DNA from: an uncultured Desulfurococcaceae archaeon
Lineage (GTDB): Archaea; Thermoproteota; Thermoprotei_A; Sulfolobales; NBVN01
NCBI GenBank assembly: GCA_964592745.1
Contig: CAZQFL010000008.1
Coordinates: forward strand, 747-64,746
Direction: 5' to 3'
DNA: 64,000 bases
A program made the translations under genes and the position numbers. Below are positions 20,644-31,115 of the stretch, piece after piece (the stretch's first letter is position 1; each line of letters starts with the position of its first letter). Below the pieces are notes generated by a model. The model had not been told where the DNA came from, did no database searches, and worked only from the letters and a program-made list of their open reading frames with translations.

Positions 20644-21741
20644 TCACGTAACTACGCTATCAAGCTCTCCTCTTTCAATAGCTAACTTAATTTCACGTGC
20701 TATTCTCCTACCGGTACTCATGGGTTCATCCCAGTAAAGGAATGAGTACGGACTTCCCTGTATGTACAGATTTGTACCGGCAACGATCCTTCCTGAAAAT
20801 TCAAAGATCTTAATATTTAAATTATCCTCAATTATACCTTCAAGACAGAATGGACCTATAATACCTGGTGGTAAGAGTTCTCTAGTCACTTTAACGAATC
20901 TTAAACCATAATCATAGACTTTATAAAGTAGGCTCTCCCTTAACACCATGGGTATGTTACCTACGACAACGAATGATGTCTCAATACCTAATCTCTCTAA
21001 CACGTTGTGCTTAAGCCTCCTTAAACCATCAACGTTAGATTCATACCTTATATCAGCACCTAAGATCTCAAGTCTATTAAATATGGGGCTGAAGAAGAAG
21101 TGAAAGTATGCTGGTACACCTACTATATACTCCTGAATTAACGCATCACTTAGTTTATTTATTAAACCTTGATTAATAGCTCTTTCGATACCCTCAATAA
21201 TTTCGTCCTTAGATAATGCTAAGAAGTACCCTTTACCCCCCTTAGCTCCGGGTAACTTAACTATCACTGGACCATTGATTTCCTCATCTAAACTATAATG
21301 CTTAGGTGTAGGTATGCCGGCCTTAGCTAGAAGATCCATCTTTAAGTGCTGATTAGCTTCAACTCTAAATATTGATCTAAGACCGAAGAGTGGTATCTCA
21401 ATATTTTCGGCACAATCAAGTCCTACATATTCTACAAAACTACCATGAGGAATAAATATTGAATTTAATTCAATAAGTTTCTTGACAATTTGCTCCTTAC
21501 ATAGATCACTCCACTTATTAACTACTATGAAGAAGTCTATGAGGTGTTTAAATTGCTCGTAAAACTGTCTTCTATCCTCAGTAATTATCAGTGCAGTTCT
21601 AAAACCCTCCTTCTTAGCTCCGTGAACTAGTTGAAGTGCTGAATGACTCGCTAAGGTTGCTACAGTTATTCTGTCAAGATCATACCCGGCAATAACCTTT
21701 CTGATACTTACACCCACATACACACCCAAGATCCTATCCAT
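20644..21741 (-). CDS. purP: 5-formaminoimidazole-4-carboxamide ribonucleotide (FAICAR) synthetase PurP, copy 1
   Basis: ATP-grasp protein with the N-terminus [25 protein letters not shown], characteristic of archaeal PurP. It is paralogous to ORF 32552-33664 and divergent from purC. Confidence 0.85.
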   Translation of the reverse strand: MDRILGVYVGVSIRKVIAGYDLDRITVATLASHSALQLVHGAKKEGFRTALIITEDRRQFYEQFKHLIDFFIVVNKWSDLCKEQIVKKLIELNSIFIPHGSFVEYVGLDCAENIEIPLFGLRSIFRVEANQHLKMDLLAKAGIPTPKHYSLDEEINGPVIVKLPGAKGGKGYFLALSKDEIIEGIERAINQGLINKLSDALIQEYIVGVPAYFHFFFSPIFNRLEILGADIRYESNVDGLRRLKHNVLERLGIETSFVVVGNIPMVLRESLLYKVYDYGLRFVKVTRELLPPGIIGPFCLEGIIEDNLNIKIFEFSGRIVAGTNLYIQGSPYSFLYWDEPMSTGRRIAREIKLAIERGELDSVVT

Positions 21742-21767
21742 TACCTAATTTATTAAAATTATCACCT

Positions 21768-21807
21768 AATTAACATATTTATGTAAATTTACATAAATAT
21801 GTTAATT
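21768..21807. promoter_or_regulatory. Perfect 40-bp palindrome in the purP/purC divergent promoter region (candidate operator)
   Basis: AATTAACATATTTATGTAAA|TTTACATAAATATGTTAATT. I checked the arms base by base and they are exact reverse complements. With one bulged T the arms extend to CCT/AGG (21765-21811). The palindrome overlaps the expected purP TATA position. Confidence 0.6.
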
Positions 21808-21828
21808 TAGGAGAGAAGAGACTCAGTG

Positions 21829-21835
21829 TTTATAA
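21829..21835 (+). promoter_or_regulatory. TATA-box candidate for the purC operon
   Basis: TTTATAA lies 34 nt upstream of the GTG start of purC. Confidence 0.4.
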
Positions 21836-21868
21836 CCCCTGCTTCGTGAGTTAACATGTGAGAGAGCC

Positions 21869-22612
21869 GTGTATACTCATACTTATATACTCATCTATGA
21901 AGGTAAGAGTAAACGTATTTATGTAAAAAACCAGGATGAGCTTATTTTGGAGTTCAAGGATGAAGTAACAGCTAGAGACGGGGCTCTTAAATCTTTTATA
22001 AGAGGTAAAGGAATAATCAATGCTAGAGTCTCAGCATATTTCTTCTCAATATTAAATGAAAAAGGCATAGATACACATTTCCTAAACTATGATGGAGCTA
22101 GGAGAATGACTGTTAAGAAGTTAAGAATGTTACCTCTTGAAGTAATCGTTAGGAATTATGCTTATGGATCACAGCTCAAGAGAATGCCCTTACTTAAGCC
22201 TTTACAAGAACTTAACCCACCAGTTGTAGAGTTTCACTATAAAGATGACTCACTTCACGACCCCCTAATAATTGTGGATGACATAATAAACTCAGGAATA
22301 GCAACTCATGATGAGCTAAACTTCATAATTAAGACCTCACTAAGAATTAACAATATACTACGTGGAATCTTCTCTGAAGCTAAGTTAAAACTCATAGACT
22401 TTAAGATAGAATTCGGTCATGATAAAGATAATAAGCTAATACTAGCTGATGAAATCTCAGGTGATACCTTCAGAGTACTTGATGAGAATGGTAAACACCT
22501 AGATAAGGAGGTCTTCAGGAGAACCGGTGACCCTAAGTTGCTAATTGATGCTTACCTAAAGTTATGTGAGAGGCTTGGAATTAAGGTGGATGATATTGAT
22601 TTTCATGGTTGA
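21869..22612 (+). CDS. purC: SAICAR synthetase PurC
   Basis: IYEGKSKRIYV...LILEFKDEVTARDG, LEVIVRNYAYGS and ILADEISGDTFR are PurC motifs. GTG start. Confidence 0.9.
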   Translation: MYTHTYILIYEGKSKRIYVKNQDELILEFKDEVTARDGALKSFIRGKGIINARVSAYFFSILNEKGIDTHFLNYDGARRMTVKKLRMLPLEVIVRNYAYGSQLKRMPLLKPLQELNPPVVEFHYKDDSLHDPLIIVDDIINSGIATHDELNFIIKTSLRINNILRGIFSEAKLKLIDFKIEFGHDKDNKLILADEISGDTFRVLDENGKHLDKEVFRRTGDPKLLIDAYLKLCERLGIKVDDIDFHG

Positions 22613-22850
22613 GGCAATCATTACTAATAAACGTAGCGTAAGAGATCCTGAAGGAGAGACCATACATAGATTCTTAGTGTTGAGAAGGGGCTACAATAGT
22701 GTTAAAGGTATTAGGACTGGTAAATACTTGCTATTTAATGTTGAAGCTTCAAGTCCTAATGAGGCATTGAGTAAGGTTAAGGAGATTTGTGAGAAGTTAA
22801 GAATATACAATCCCATTGTTCACGACATCGAGGTGAGATTACGTGCATAA
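22605..22850 (+). CDS. purS: FGAM synthase subunit PurS
   Basis: Small protein MVEAIITNKRSVRDPEGETI... typical of PurS. I use ATG 22605, which overlaps the purC stop by 8 nt. The track start at 22566 is an in-frame extension inside purC. Confidence 0.85.
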   Translation: MVEAIITNKRSVRDPEGETIHRFLVLRRGYNSVKGIRTGKYLLFNVEASSPNEALSKVKEICEKLRIYNPIVHDIEVRLRA

Positions 22851-23532
22851 GGTTGCAATAATAAAGTTTCCTGGAACTAACTGTGATGAGGATGTTTTAT
22901 GGGTTATTAAGCATGTGGCTGGACTTGACGCTAGTATCGTTTGGTATAAGAATTTCTCACTTAGTGCATGGGATGCCATCATAATACCTGGGGGCTTTAG
23001 TTTCGGTGATTGGCTTAGAGCTGGCGCTATAGCTGCTCGTACAGAAGCTATTGAGGAGTTAAGTAAGGTCTTGGATTACGGGATACCTGTTCTCGGTATA
23101 TGTAACGGGTTTCAAGTACTTGTAGAGGCAGGTCTGCTACCAGGAGCTTTGCTGCCTAACGAGAGTGGTAAGTTCATTTGTAGGTGGGTTAGAGTAAGAG
23201 TTGAAAGACCTAAGGGTCCATGGTTAAGGCTCGTTAACGATGGTGACGTACTCGATATGCCAATAGCTCATGCTGAAGGTAGGTACTACGTCGATGATGA
23301 CACCTATAACTCACTCGTAGTTAAATCGCCCTTACTTAGGTACGTTAATGGATATAATTTTAATGGGAGTTCATACGACATAGCAGGTATAGCTACACCT
23401 GATGGCTTAGTCCTAGGATTAATGCCTCATCCTGAGCGTGCATCTGAAGATGTTATAGCTCCCAGGGGATTCAAGGCTAGTGGTAAGGTAATCTTCGAGA
23501 GCTTAGCTAAATCACTTAAAGAGGGTTGGTGA
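22843..23532 (+). CDS. purQ: FGAM synthase glutaminase subunit PurQ
   Basis: KVAIIKFPGTNCDEDV, catalytic Cys context GICNGFQVLVEAGLLPG, and MPHPER. Confidence 0.9.
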   Translation: MHKVAIIKFPGTNCDEDVLWVIKHVAGLDASIVWYKNFSLSAWDAIIIPGGFSFGDWLRAGAIAARTEAIEELSKVLDYGIPVLGICNGFQVLVEAGLLPGALLPNESGKFICRWVRVRVERPKGPWLRLVNDGDVLDMPIAHAEGRYYVDDDTYNSLVVKSPLLRYVNGYNFNGSSYDIAGIATPDGLVLGLMPHPERASEDVIAPRGFKASGKVIFESLAKSLKEGW

Positions 23533-23533
23533 C

Positions 23534-25723
23534 ATGCCTTTATCAAGTGAAGAGATCGAGGCTATAAAAAAGATACTTGGTAGGGACCCAAGACCTGAAG
23601 AATTAGCTATGTTTGAGGCTCAATGGAGTGAGCACTGCTCATATAAGAGTAGTAGGAAGTTGCTTAAGCTATTACCGACTAAGAAAGATTACGTAATTCT
23701 TGGTCCAGGTAGGGATGCACCAGCAGTTGAGGTATTCCCTGGTATCTCTGTTATATTTAAGATTGAAAGTCATAATCACCCTTCAGCTGTTGACCCATAC
23801 AATGGTGCAGCAACAGGTATTGGAGGTATTGTGAGAGATATACTAACCTTAGGAGCTAAACCCATAGCATTACTAGACCTACTCTACTTAGGTAATCCAA
23901 GCAATCCACACGCTAATTGGTTAATAAGAGGTATAGTCAAGGGTATAAGCGATTACGGTAATAGAATCGGAGTACCTACAGTCGCTGGCGATACATGGTT
24001 TGACGACACATTTAACAAGCAACCACTAGTAAATGTGGCATGCGTTGGTATAGCAAGTAGCAATAAGTTAGTACTTGAAGGCCCCAAACCTGGGGACGCC
24101 ATAGTAATAATAGGTAATGCGACAGGTAAGGACGGTATTTTAGGTAGTAGTTTCGCGTCAAAGCCTCTATCCGAAGATACAGATAAGGAAATTGGAGCTG
24201 TTCAAGTAGGTGATCCGCTAACTGAGAAAGCACTTATAGATGTTCTTCAAGAGCTGACTTCAAAGTCACTTGTTAGATACATTAAGGATTTAGGTGGTGG
24301 AGGTCTAACCACGGCTGTATCTGAGAGTGCCGCTGATTACGGGTTAGGAGCTACTATCCATCTCGATAAATTACACTTAAGGGAAAAACTAACACCGTTA
24401 GAGATGCTTATCTCAGAGAGTCAAGAAAGAATGCTATTAGCCGTTGAGCCCAAGAAATTAAGTGAGGTTATCAATATTCTTAACAAGTACGACCTTGCAT
24501 ATAGCGTTATAGGTTATTTTGATAATAGCGGTAGGGTAAGAGTTTACTATAAAGGTAAGTTAGTGGCTGATGTACCTGCTAAGGAGCTAGCTAGACCTCA
24601 AGCCTTGAGAAGAGACTCAAGACCTCCTCAAGAGGCTCTTAAAGGCTTAACACCCATAGTGAGATTACCTGAGGTCGTTATCGAAGATGCGGTAGTTAAG
24701 TTAATATCATCACCTAACATCGCATCAAAGAGGTGGATCTATGAGCAATATGACCATGAAGTAGGTATTAGGACTGTCATTAAGCCTGGTCATGGAGATG
24801 CGGCAGTTCTAAGAATACTTGATGGTTCTAGAAGAGGTATCGCTGTAAAAGGTGACGCGAATCCTAGATATACATCTCTAGACCCATTCAATGGAGCAGC
24901 AAACTCCGTTGCTGAATGCTTTAGGAACCTAGTATCAGTTAATTCTACACCATTGGCCATAGTTGATGAACTTAATGCCGGAAACCCCGAGAAGCCCGAG
25001 CAATTCTGGTACTTTGAGGAAATGGTTAAGGGTATTGCATGGATGTCGAGTGAATTAGGGTTACCAGTAGTTGGTGGTAAGGTGAGCTTCTATAACGAAG
25101 ATGAGAGGGGACGTCAAATCAAGCCTACAGCTACGATCGTAGGTATTGGTAGAGTTGATGACGTATCTAAATCTACAGGTTTAGCACTTAATGAAGCTGG
25201 TAACTACATAGCTGTAGTGGGGGTTACGTACCCTGAACTGGGTGGGAGTGAGTATCTCTATAGGGTTCATGGCTTAGAGCTAGGTGAGATACCTAGACCT
25301 AGACCCGCTAGTGAGTTGAGGCATGCTGAATTCATTAGACACTTAGTAAAAGAAGGTATTGCTGCATCAGTTCACGACATTAGCGTCGGAGGATTAGTTA
25401 TAGCTGCTATTGAAATGGCTGTAGCTGGAGGTTTAGGTATAGAGCTACACGTTGATAGGATACCTACCAGGGGTACTGAACGTATTGATGAAGTACTGTT
25501 TTCAGAGACGCAAGCAAGGTACATTGTTGAGATTAAGGCCGGCAAGGTCACAGAGTTTAAGGAGTTAATTAGAAAGTATAGTATTGAAAGCAATGTCATA
25601 GGTAAGGTTCTAGGTAAGGAAGTTATAGTAATAACTAACGGTGAGAAAACTATTACCTTACTCAACCTTCCTGACATAGCCGATCTATACGATAATAGCC
25701 TTAAGAAGCTCATGGAGTGGTGA
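23534..25723 (+). CDS. purL: FGAM synthase II large subunit PurL
   Basis: 729 aa with FEAQWSEHCSYKSS, ESHNHPSAVDPYNGAATGIGGIVRD and duplicated AIR-synthase-like domains. Confidence 0.95.
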   Translation: MPLSSEEIEAIKKILGRDPRPEELAMFEAQWSEHCSYKSSRKLLKLLPTKKDYVILGPGRDAPAVEVFPGISVIFKIESHNHPSAVDPYNGAATGIGGIVRDILTLGAKPIALLDLLYLGNPSNPHANWLIRGIVKGISDYGNRIGVPTVAGDTWFDDTFNKQPLVNVACVGIASSNKLVLEGPKPGDAIVIIGNATGKDGILGSSFASKPLSEDTDKEIGAVQVGDPLTEKALIDVLQELTSKSLVRYIKDLGGGGLTTAVSESAADYGLGATIHLDKLHLREKLTPLEMLISESQERMLLAVEPKKLSEVINILNKYDLAYSVIGYFDNSGRVRVYYKGKLVADVPAKELARPQALRRDSRPPQEALKGLTPIVRLPEVVIEDAVVKLISSPNIASKRWIYEQYDHEVGIRTVIKPGHGDAAVLRILDGSRRGIAVKGDANPRYTSLDPFNGAANSVAECFRNLVSVNSTPLAIVDELNAGNPEKPEQFWYFEEMVKGIAWMSSELGLPVVGGKVSFYNEDERGRQIKPTATIVGIGRVDDVSKSTGLALNEAGNYIAVVGVTYPELGGSEYLYRVHGLELGEIPRPRPASELRHAEFIRHLVKEGIAASVHDISVGGLVIAAIEMAVAGGLGIELHVDRIPTRGTERIDEVLFSETQARYIVEIKAGKVTEFKELIRKYSIESNVIGKVLGKEVIVITNGEKTITLLNLPDIADLYDNSLKKLMEW

Positions 25724-25728
25724 TTAAA

Positions 25729-27105
25729 ATGTGCGGCATAGCTGCATATGTAGGCAGCAGCGATGTTAGCGACATAGTACTTGAATTGTTGATTGAACTT
25801 CAGCATAGAGGTCAGGAATCTGCAGGTATTGCCTTAGTAACTTATCAAGGACATATGAATGTTATCAGAGGTAGAGGTTTAGTATTTGATGTTTTAACAC
25901 CCGATACTTTAGAGGGACTTAAAAATAAGGGTAATATATTTGCAGGAATTGGTCATGTAAGATACTCAACTAGTGGTGGTTTTCTCGATTCCGTACCCCA
26001 ACCATTCGCTGTTGGTGATGGATTTAAGATAGCGATAGCATTCAATGGTACTATAGCTAATTACGTACAATTAGCTAGGAGTTTAGGTTTAAAGAAAGCA
26101 TTAAATGATACACATGTCTTAGCTGAAACCATCTACAGACTTACAAAGGAATACCATGGAGATGTCGTTGAAGCGTTACGTGAACTCCCTAACTACGTAA
26201 TAGGTAGCTATAGTATGGTAGTATTAACAACAGAGCCTAGACTCATAATAGCACGTGATCCTAGAGGTTTTAGACCTCTTGCATATGTATTTAATGACTC
26301 ACTATACGTAGCATCTGAGACTGCCGCTCTCAATGTAGTTGCAGGTGATATGTGGAGGGAAGTTAGTCCTGGTGAAATAATATCATTTGATGGATTTTCT
26401 TTAGAGAGGAGTAGGGTTAGAACATCCGTAACACCAACCCCATGTATATTTGAGTACGTCTACTTTGCTAGACCTGACACGGTATTTAATGGTGTGTCAA
26501 TTTATGAAGCACGTATCAGAATGGGTATTGAGTTAGCTAAGACTTCATCTGTTGATGCGGATGTGGTCATACCCGTACCTGAAAGTGGTAGATATGCTGC
26601 CATGGGGTATAGTAGAGCTTCGGGAATTCCCTTAGAGGAGGGTCTCTTCGTTAATAGATACCTCGGTAGAGGCTTCATAATGCCACCAATAATACGTAGG
26701 AAAGTATCTGAGTTGAAGTATGGTGTCGTTAGAAGAGTTATTGAAGGTAAGAGAGTCGTCCTTGTAGATGATTCAATAGTTCGTGGAACAACCATGAAGA
26801 GCCTCATACTTAAGCTTAGAAACTCAGGTGCTAGAGAAGTTCATGTAAGAATAGCTAGTCCACCATTCAAGTATCCTTGCTTCATGGGTATAGACATAGC
26901 TTCTAGAAGGGAGCTACTCATTAATAGGTCTAGGAGTATTGATGAAATGGCTAAGTATATGGGAGCTGACAGTTTAGGCTATAATACGTTAGGAGGCTTA
27001 ATGAGAGCTGTAGGCTTAGTAAGTGTTTGTCATGCATGCTTTTCAGGCTTATACCCATTCCCCGGACTAAATGCTGAGAAACTCGAAAAGATTTTTTCAA
27101 GGTGA
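25729..27105 (+). CDS. purF: Amidophosphoribosyltransferase PurF
   Basis: The start is set at the Met preceding the obligatory N-terminal nucleophile Cys (MCGIAAYVG). Other motifs: LQHRGQESAGIA, PRPP loop VVLVDDSIVRGTT, and Fe-S Cys residues (CIFEYVYFARPD, YPCFMGID, CHACFSG). Confidence 0.9.
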   Translation: MCGIAAYVGSSDVSDIVLELLIELQHRGQESAGIALVTYQGHMNVIRGRGLVFDVLTPDTLEGLKNKGNIFAGIGHVRYSTSGGFLDSVPQPFAVGDGFKIAIAFNGTIANYVQLARSLGLKKALNDTHVLAETIYRLTKEYHGDVVEALRELPNYVIGSYSMVVLTTEPRLIIARDPRGFRPLAYVFNDSLYVASETAALNVVAGDMWREVSPGEIISFDGFSLERSRVRTSVTPTPCIFEYVYFARPDTVFNGVSIYEARIRMGIELAKTSSVDADVVIPVPESGRYAAMGYSRASGIPLEEGLFVNRYLGRGFIMPPIIRRKVSELKYGVVRRVIEGKRVVLVDDSIVRGTTMKSLILKLRNSGAREVHVRIASPPFKYPCFMGIDIASRRELLINRSRSIDEMAKYMGADSLGYNTLGGLMRAVGLVSVCHACFSGLYPFPGLNAEKLEKIFSR

Positions 27106-28391
27106 TAGTTATGGGTGGTCTCTTAGCCCTATATGCGTTTGATGACCTATGGAACCTATCTAACCACGTATACTATGGATTGACAGCTCTAGATCATAGA
27201 GGCTCAGAAAAATATGTGGCTTGCACTATAGGTAATGGTAAAGTTAAATGTTATAAAGGTAGTAAAGAGAGGATTTCCAAAGAAATTACAACACCTCTAG
27301 CAATTGCTGCAACATACAGTAATGAGGATAGGGATATTTACCTAGGTACCTATTCCACCAATGACTTAGAGTTCGTCATGATGGGGGATAGATACTCTAA
27401 AATAATGGATGTAGTGGGCGAAGAGGTTGCCTCAAGATTAAGCTCATCAAATACTCCAATAGCTAATAAAGTATTGTCAGCATTTAAGGAAGTACTTGAT
27501 GAGTTCAAAGATAAAGACATACCATCATTCATAGCTATCACAAGTAAGGGTGAAATTCTAGCTTATAGGAGTAATATAGGTTTAACCTCCCTAACTCTTG
27601 GAGGCTATGGTTTTGATTTAGCATTAATATCCTCCGAGTCAAGAGCTATAGATATACTCGGTGGTGAGGTAAGAAAATGGTTAAGACCTAATGAATTACT
27701 ATACTTATCGAAATATGCTGTCAAGAATGTACGGGTTAATGGTAATGGTGTGGAGCATTTATGCGCATTCGAGCTTCTATACATGGCTAGACATGACTCA
27801 ATAGTTGATGGTGTAAGTGTCTATGAATTCAGGAAGTTTTTAGGAAGTATATTAGCTAAGAATCTAAACGCTAATGTAGATATAGTCGTTGGTGTCCCCG
27901 AGACCGCAATACCTTATGCTGTAGGTCTTGCACAAGCAATTAACAAGCCATTTGAAATAGGGTTTGTGGGTACAGGTAGGCATATGAGGTCAGCTTTAAG
28001 GATAGATCCTCTTCAGAAGCTCATAGCAATACACCTCAAGATGAACCCCGTGGTTCATGTACTTGAAGGTAAGAGGGTAGCTTTAGTTGATGATAGCATG
28101 GTTACTGGGGCTACAATGAAGACTGTTAGTCAAATATTAAGGTATAGGGTTGGTGTTGAGGAATTACATGTAGTTATAGCTAGTCCACCTCTAATAAGGA
28201 GCTGTCCTTATAAGCTCATGCCAATAGATGTTAAGAGTCTCTTAGCAGCTAATTTAGATACTGAAAATGCTGTAAAGTATCTTGAGGTAGACTCACTAAC
28301 TTGGATTAAACCAGAGGTAATAAGTGAGGTTGCTAGATCATTTAACATAAGGCTTTGCGGGAAGTGCTTTGGTGTGGATTTTGTTGGGTGA
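27102..28391 (+). CDS. PurF paralogue lacking the N-terminal catalytic Cys
   Basis: N-terminus is MIVMGGLLALYAF, with Gly where PurF has Cys1, and LDHRGSEKYVAC replaces LQHRGQESAGI. It retains the PRTase loop VALVDDSMVTGATMKT and the cluster-type Cys contexts (CAFELLYMARHDS, SCPYKLMPID, CGKCFG). Confidence 0.75.
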   Translation: MIVMGGLLALYAFDDLWNLSNHVYYGLTALDHRGSEKYVACTIGNGKVKCYKGSKERISKEITTPLAIAATYSNEDRDIYLGTYSTNDLEFVMMGDRYSKIMDVVGEEVASRLSSSNTPIANKVLSAFKEVLDEFKDKDIPSFIAITSKGEILAYRSNIGLTSLTLGGYGFDLALISSESRAIDILGGEVRKWLRPNELLYLSKYAVKNVRVNGNGVEHLCAFELLYMARHDSIVDGVSVYEFRKFLGSILAKNLNANVDIVVGVPETAIPYAVGLAQAINKPFEIGFVGTGRHMRSALRIDPLQKLIAIHLKMNPVVHVLEGKRVALVDDSMVTGATMKTVSQILRYRVGVEELHVVIASPPLIRSCPYKLMPIDVKSLLAANLDTENAVKYLEVDSLTWIKPEVISEVARSFNIRLCGKCFGVDFVG

Positions 28392-28397
28392 GTTGCA

Positions 28398-29894
28398 ATG
28401 AAGGTGTTACTCATAGGATCAGGTGGTAGGGAGCACGCAATTGCGTTAATGATCTCTAGAAGTACTTACAATCCTAAACTCTATGTGGTATCAGATCATA
28501 ATAATCCAGGACTATCCAGGATAGCTAGGAGTACTGGCGGTAAGCTATATAGAGCTAAGACCACGAATCCGCAAGAAGTACTTAAGGTTGCGAAAGAAGT
28601 ATCTCCTGACGTAGTAGTCATAGGTCCTGAGGAACCGCAATTCGCTGGAGTTCCTGACCTACTACGTGATAAGGGCTTCAGTGTATTTGGTGCTAGTTCT
28701 CGATGTGCTGAGATAGAGAGGAGTAAGGTGTTTGCTAGAACTCTCATGTGGAAGTATTCTATACCTGGTAGGTTATACTTCAGAGCTTTCTCATCTCTTG
28801 AGGAGGCACGTAAGTTTGTTGAGTATGCTGGTGACGTAGTTGTGAAGCCTGCAAGACAGGTTGGTGGTAAGGGTGTTAAGGTGCTACGTGAAAATCAAGC
28901 GTACTTATTGGAGGAATATCGTGATGTTAAGAAGGACTTCGTCGTGAAGCTCTTTAAAGAGATGACTAAGTATGTTGATATAGATGCTAAGGTGCTCATA
29001 GAGCAGAGAGTTGAAGGTGTTGAGTACACAGCAATGACGGTAACTGATGGTAGCTACGTACTAGCTCTCCCATTAGTTCAGGATCATCCACATGTTTATG
29101 AGTATGACATAGGTCCTGAAACCGGAGGTATGGGTAGTATATCTGGTCCTGGCTGGGTCTTACCATTCATAGAAGTTGATGAGTTTAAGAGAACTATCGA
29201 AATAATCGATAATGTTGTTAAGGCTTTGCAAACTGAGGTAAAGGATAGATATGTAGGTGCTTTAGCAGGTCAAATGATGCTTACAGCATTGTGGGGTCCT
29301 ACAGTTATTGAGTTTTACAGTAGGTTTGGCGATCCTGAGATATCCAATATGGTTCCGGTAATCACTAGTGACTTCTTAGAGATGATTGAAAGAACCGTTG
29401 ATGGTAGATTAGCAGGGTATAAGCTTGAGATTAGGGATGACGTAGCGGTAGTAGTTAAAGCAGTTGCCCCGGCTGGTTACCCATTAAATAAGAAAGTAGC
29501 AGCTAACCACCCGGTTAGCGTTGATGAAGGTAAGATTAGGGAACTTGGCTGTACACTACTCTACGCTAGTGTTGAGGAGCTTGGAGATGGTACGTTACGT
29601 ACTCACGGATCTAGAGCATTTGAAATCGTATGCTATGATGAAAGTCACGAGAAAGCCTCTAAAAAGGCTGAACTAGCTATATCCTATATCAAATCCTTAG
29701 ATGGTTGGCCATTAATACATAGGAGTGATATAGGATCCATCGAACTCCTTAAGCAGAGACATCACCTGGCTATGCGTATTAGAAGAACCTACAAGGCTAG
29801 AGCACGTAGAGGCCTATTAGGTACTTCAATTGTATGGGTTCCGGGTAAGGGCATATTCTTTGATCCTTTCGCTTCACCTGTAATGACTAGGTGA
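28398..29894 (+). CDS. purD: Phosphoribosylamine-glycine ligase PurD
   Basis: MKVLLIGSGGREHAIA N-terminus, an ATP-grasp core, and SRFGDPE. Confidence 0.9.
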   Translation: MKVLLIGSGGREHAIALMISRSTYNPKLYVVSDHNNPGLSRIARSTGGKLYRAKTTNPQEVLKVAKEVSPDVVVIGPEEPQFAGVPDLLRDKGFSVFGASSRCAEIERSKVFARTLMWKYSIPGRLYFRAFSSLEEARKFVEYAGDVVVKPARQVGGKGVKVLRENQAYLLEEYRDVKKDFVVKLFKEMTKYVDIDAKVLIEQRVEGVEYTAMTVTDGSYVLALPLVQDHPHVYEYDIGPETGGMGSISGPGWVLPFIEVDEFKRTIEIIDNVVKALQTEVKDRYVGALAGQMMLTALWGPTVIEFYSRFGDPEISNMVPVITSDFLEMIERTVDGRLAGYKLEIRDDVAVVVKAVAPAGYPLNKKVAANHPVSVDEGKIRELGCTLLYASVEELGDGTLRTHGSRAFEIVCYDESHEKASKKAELAISYIKSLDGWPLIHRSDIGSIELLKQRHHLAMRIRRTYKARARRGLLGTSIVWVPGKGIFFDPFASPVMTR

Positions 29895-31114
29895 TATATA
29901 TGAAAAAGAGAGAGTATTTGTCAACACCCATGTTTGAAGGATCAATAAAGATCTTACTACTTGGTGGTGGTGAGTTAGGTAAGGAGGTAGCTATAGAGGC
30001 TCAAAGACTAGGCGTTGAGGTTACCGTTGTTGATAGGTATGACTGGGCTCCAGCAATGCATGTTGCTCATAGGAGATATGTGGTTAATTTAGGTGATGCT
30101 GGAGCTTTAAAAGCCATAATTAGGAGGGAGAAGCCTGACGTCATAATACCTGAGATTGAAGCAATAGCTGTTGAAGCTCTTAAGGAGTTAGAGAGTGAGG
30201 GCTACTTAGTCATACCTAACGCTAAAGCTATTGAGATTTCAATGAATAGAATAAAACTTAGAAGATTTGCTGCCGAAGAACTTAGTCTACCGACAACACG
30301 GTATGCCTTTGCTGAAAATCCTGATGAAGCTGTTGATGCATGTGATAAAGTTGGATATCCATGCTTGATAAAGCCTGAAATGAGTAGTTCAGGCCATGGT
30401 CATGTGAGGATTAAGGAGCCATCACCTAATAAGATAAGGGAGGCATATAACTATGCAATAAGGCATGCACGTGGTAGTAGTAAGAGAGTTATTGTTGAGG
30501 AATTCGTAGACTTAGAGGCTGAATTCACGGCGCTCTCATACAGGTATGTTGGTGATAACGGTATTAAAACTGATGTATGTGAACCCGTTGAACACTGGAG
30601 ATATGGTGAGTACCATTACATAGAGTCATGGCAGCCATCCATTAAGCCCGTATCGATAATTGATAAAGTAAAAGAGATAGGTATTAAAGTTGCTGAGGGT
30701 CTTGGAGGTCTAGGCATATTTGGTGTTGAAGTGTTCTTGACTAAGGATGGTAGAGTATTGTTTAGTGAGGTAGCACCTAGACCTCACGATACAGGTATGG
30801 TCACTATGGTTACTCAAGAACTTAGTGAATTTGCCATACATGTTAGAGCTGTCTTGGGGTTACCCATACCTAAACCAAAGGTAATATCACCTGGTGCTAG
30901 CTTAGCAATATATGTTGAGAAGGAAGGAATATGGGCACCTAAATTCTGTGGCGTCTATGATGCTTTAAGGATACCTGGTGTAGATCTTAGAGTCTTCGGA
31001 AAGCCTTTCACTTATGCTGGACGTAGAATGATGGTACTTTTAGCACGTGGTCCATCCGTTAACGAAGCAAGACGTAAGGTATGGGAAGCATCTAAGTATA
31101 TAAAGATGTGCTAA
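29891..31114 (+). CDS. purT: Formate-dependent GAR transformylase PurT
   Basis: [24 protein letters not shown], an ATP-grasp core, and [15 protein letters not shown], typical of PurT. Confidence 0.9.
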   Translation: MIYMKKREYLSTPMFEGSIKILLLGGGELGKEVAIEAQRLGVEVTVVDRYDWAPAMHVAHRRYVVNLGDAGALKAIIRREKPDVIIPEIEAIAVEALKELESEGYLVIPNAKAIEISMNRIKLRRFAAEELSLPTTRYAFAENPDEAVDACDKVGYPCLIKPEMSSSGHGHVRIKEPSPNKIREAYNYAIRHARGSSKRVIVEEFVDLEAEFTALSYRYVGDNGIKTDVCEPVEHWRYGEYHYIESWQPSIKPVSIIDKVKEIGIKVAEGLGGLGIFGVEVFLTKDGRVLFSEVAPRPHDTGMVTMVTQELSEFAIHVRAVLGLPIPKPKVISPGASLAIYVEKEGIWAPKFCGVYDALRIPGVDLRVFGKPFTYAGRRMMVLLARGPSVNEARRKVWEASKYIKMC

Positions 31115-31115
31115 G

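Noticed and set aside
25372-25806. 144-aa minus-strand ORF spanning the purL/purF junction
   Set aside because: It is antisense to two strongly supported genes and has no motifs.
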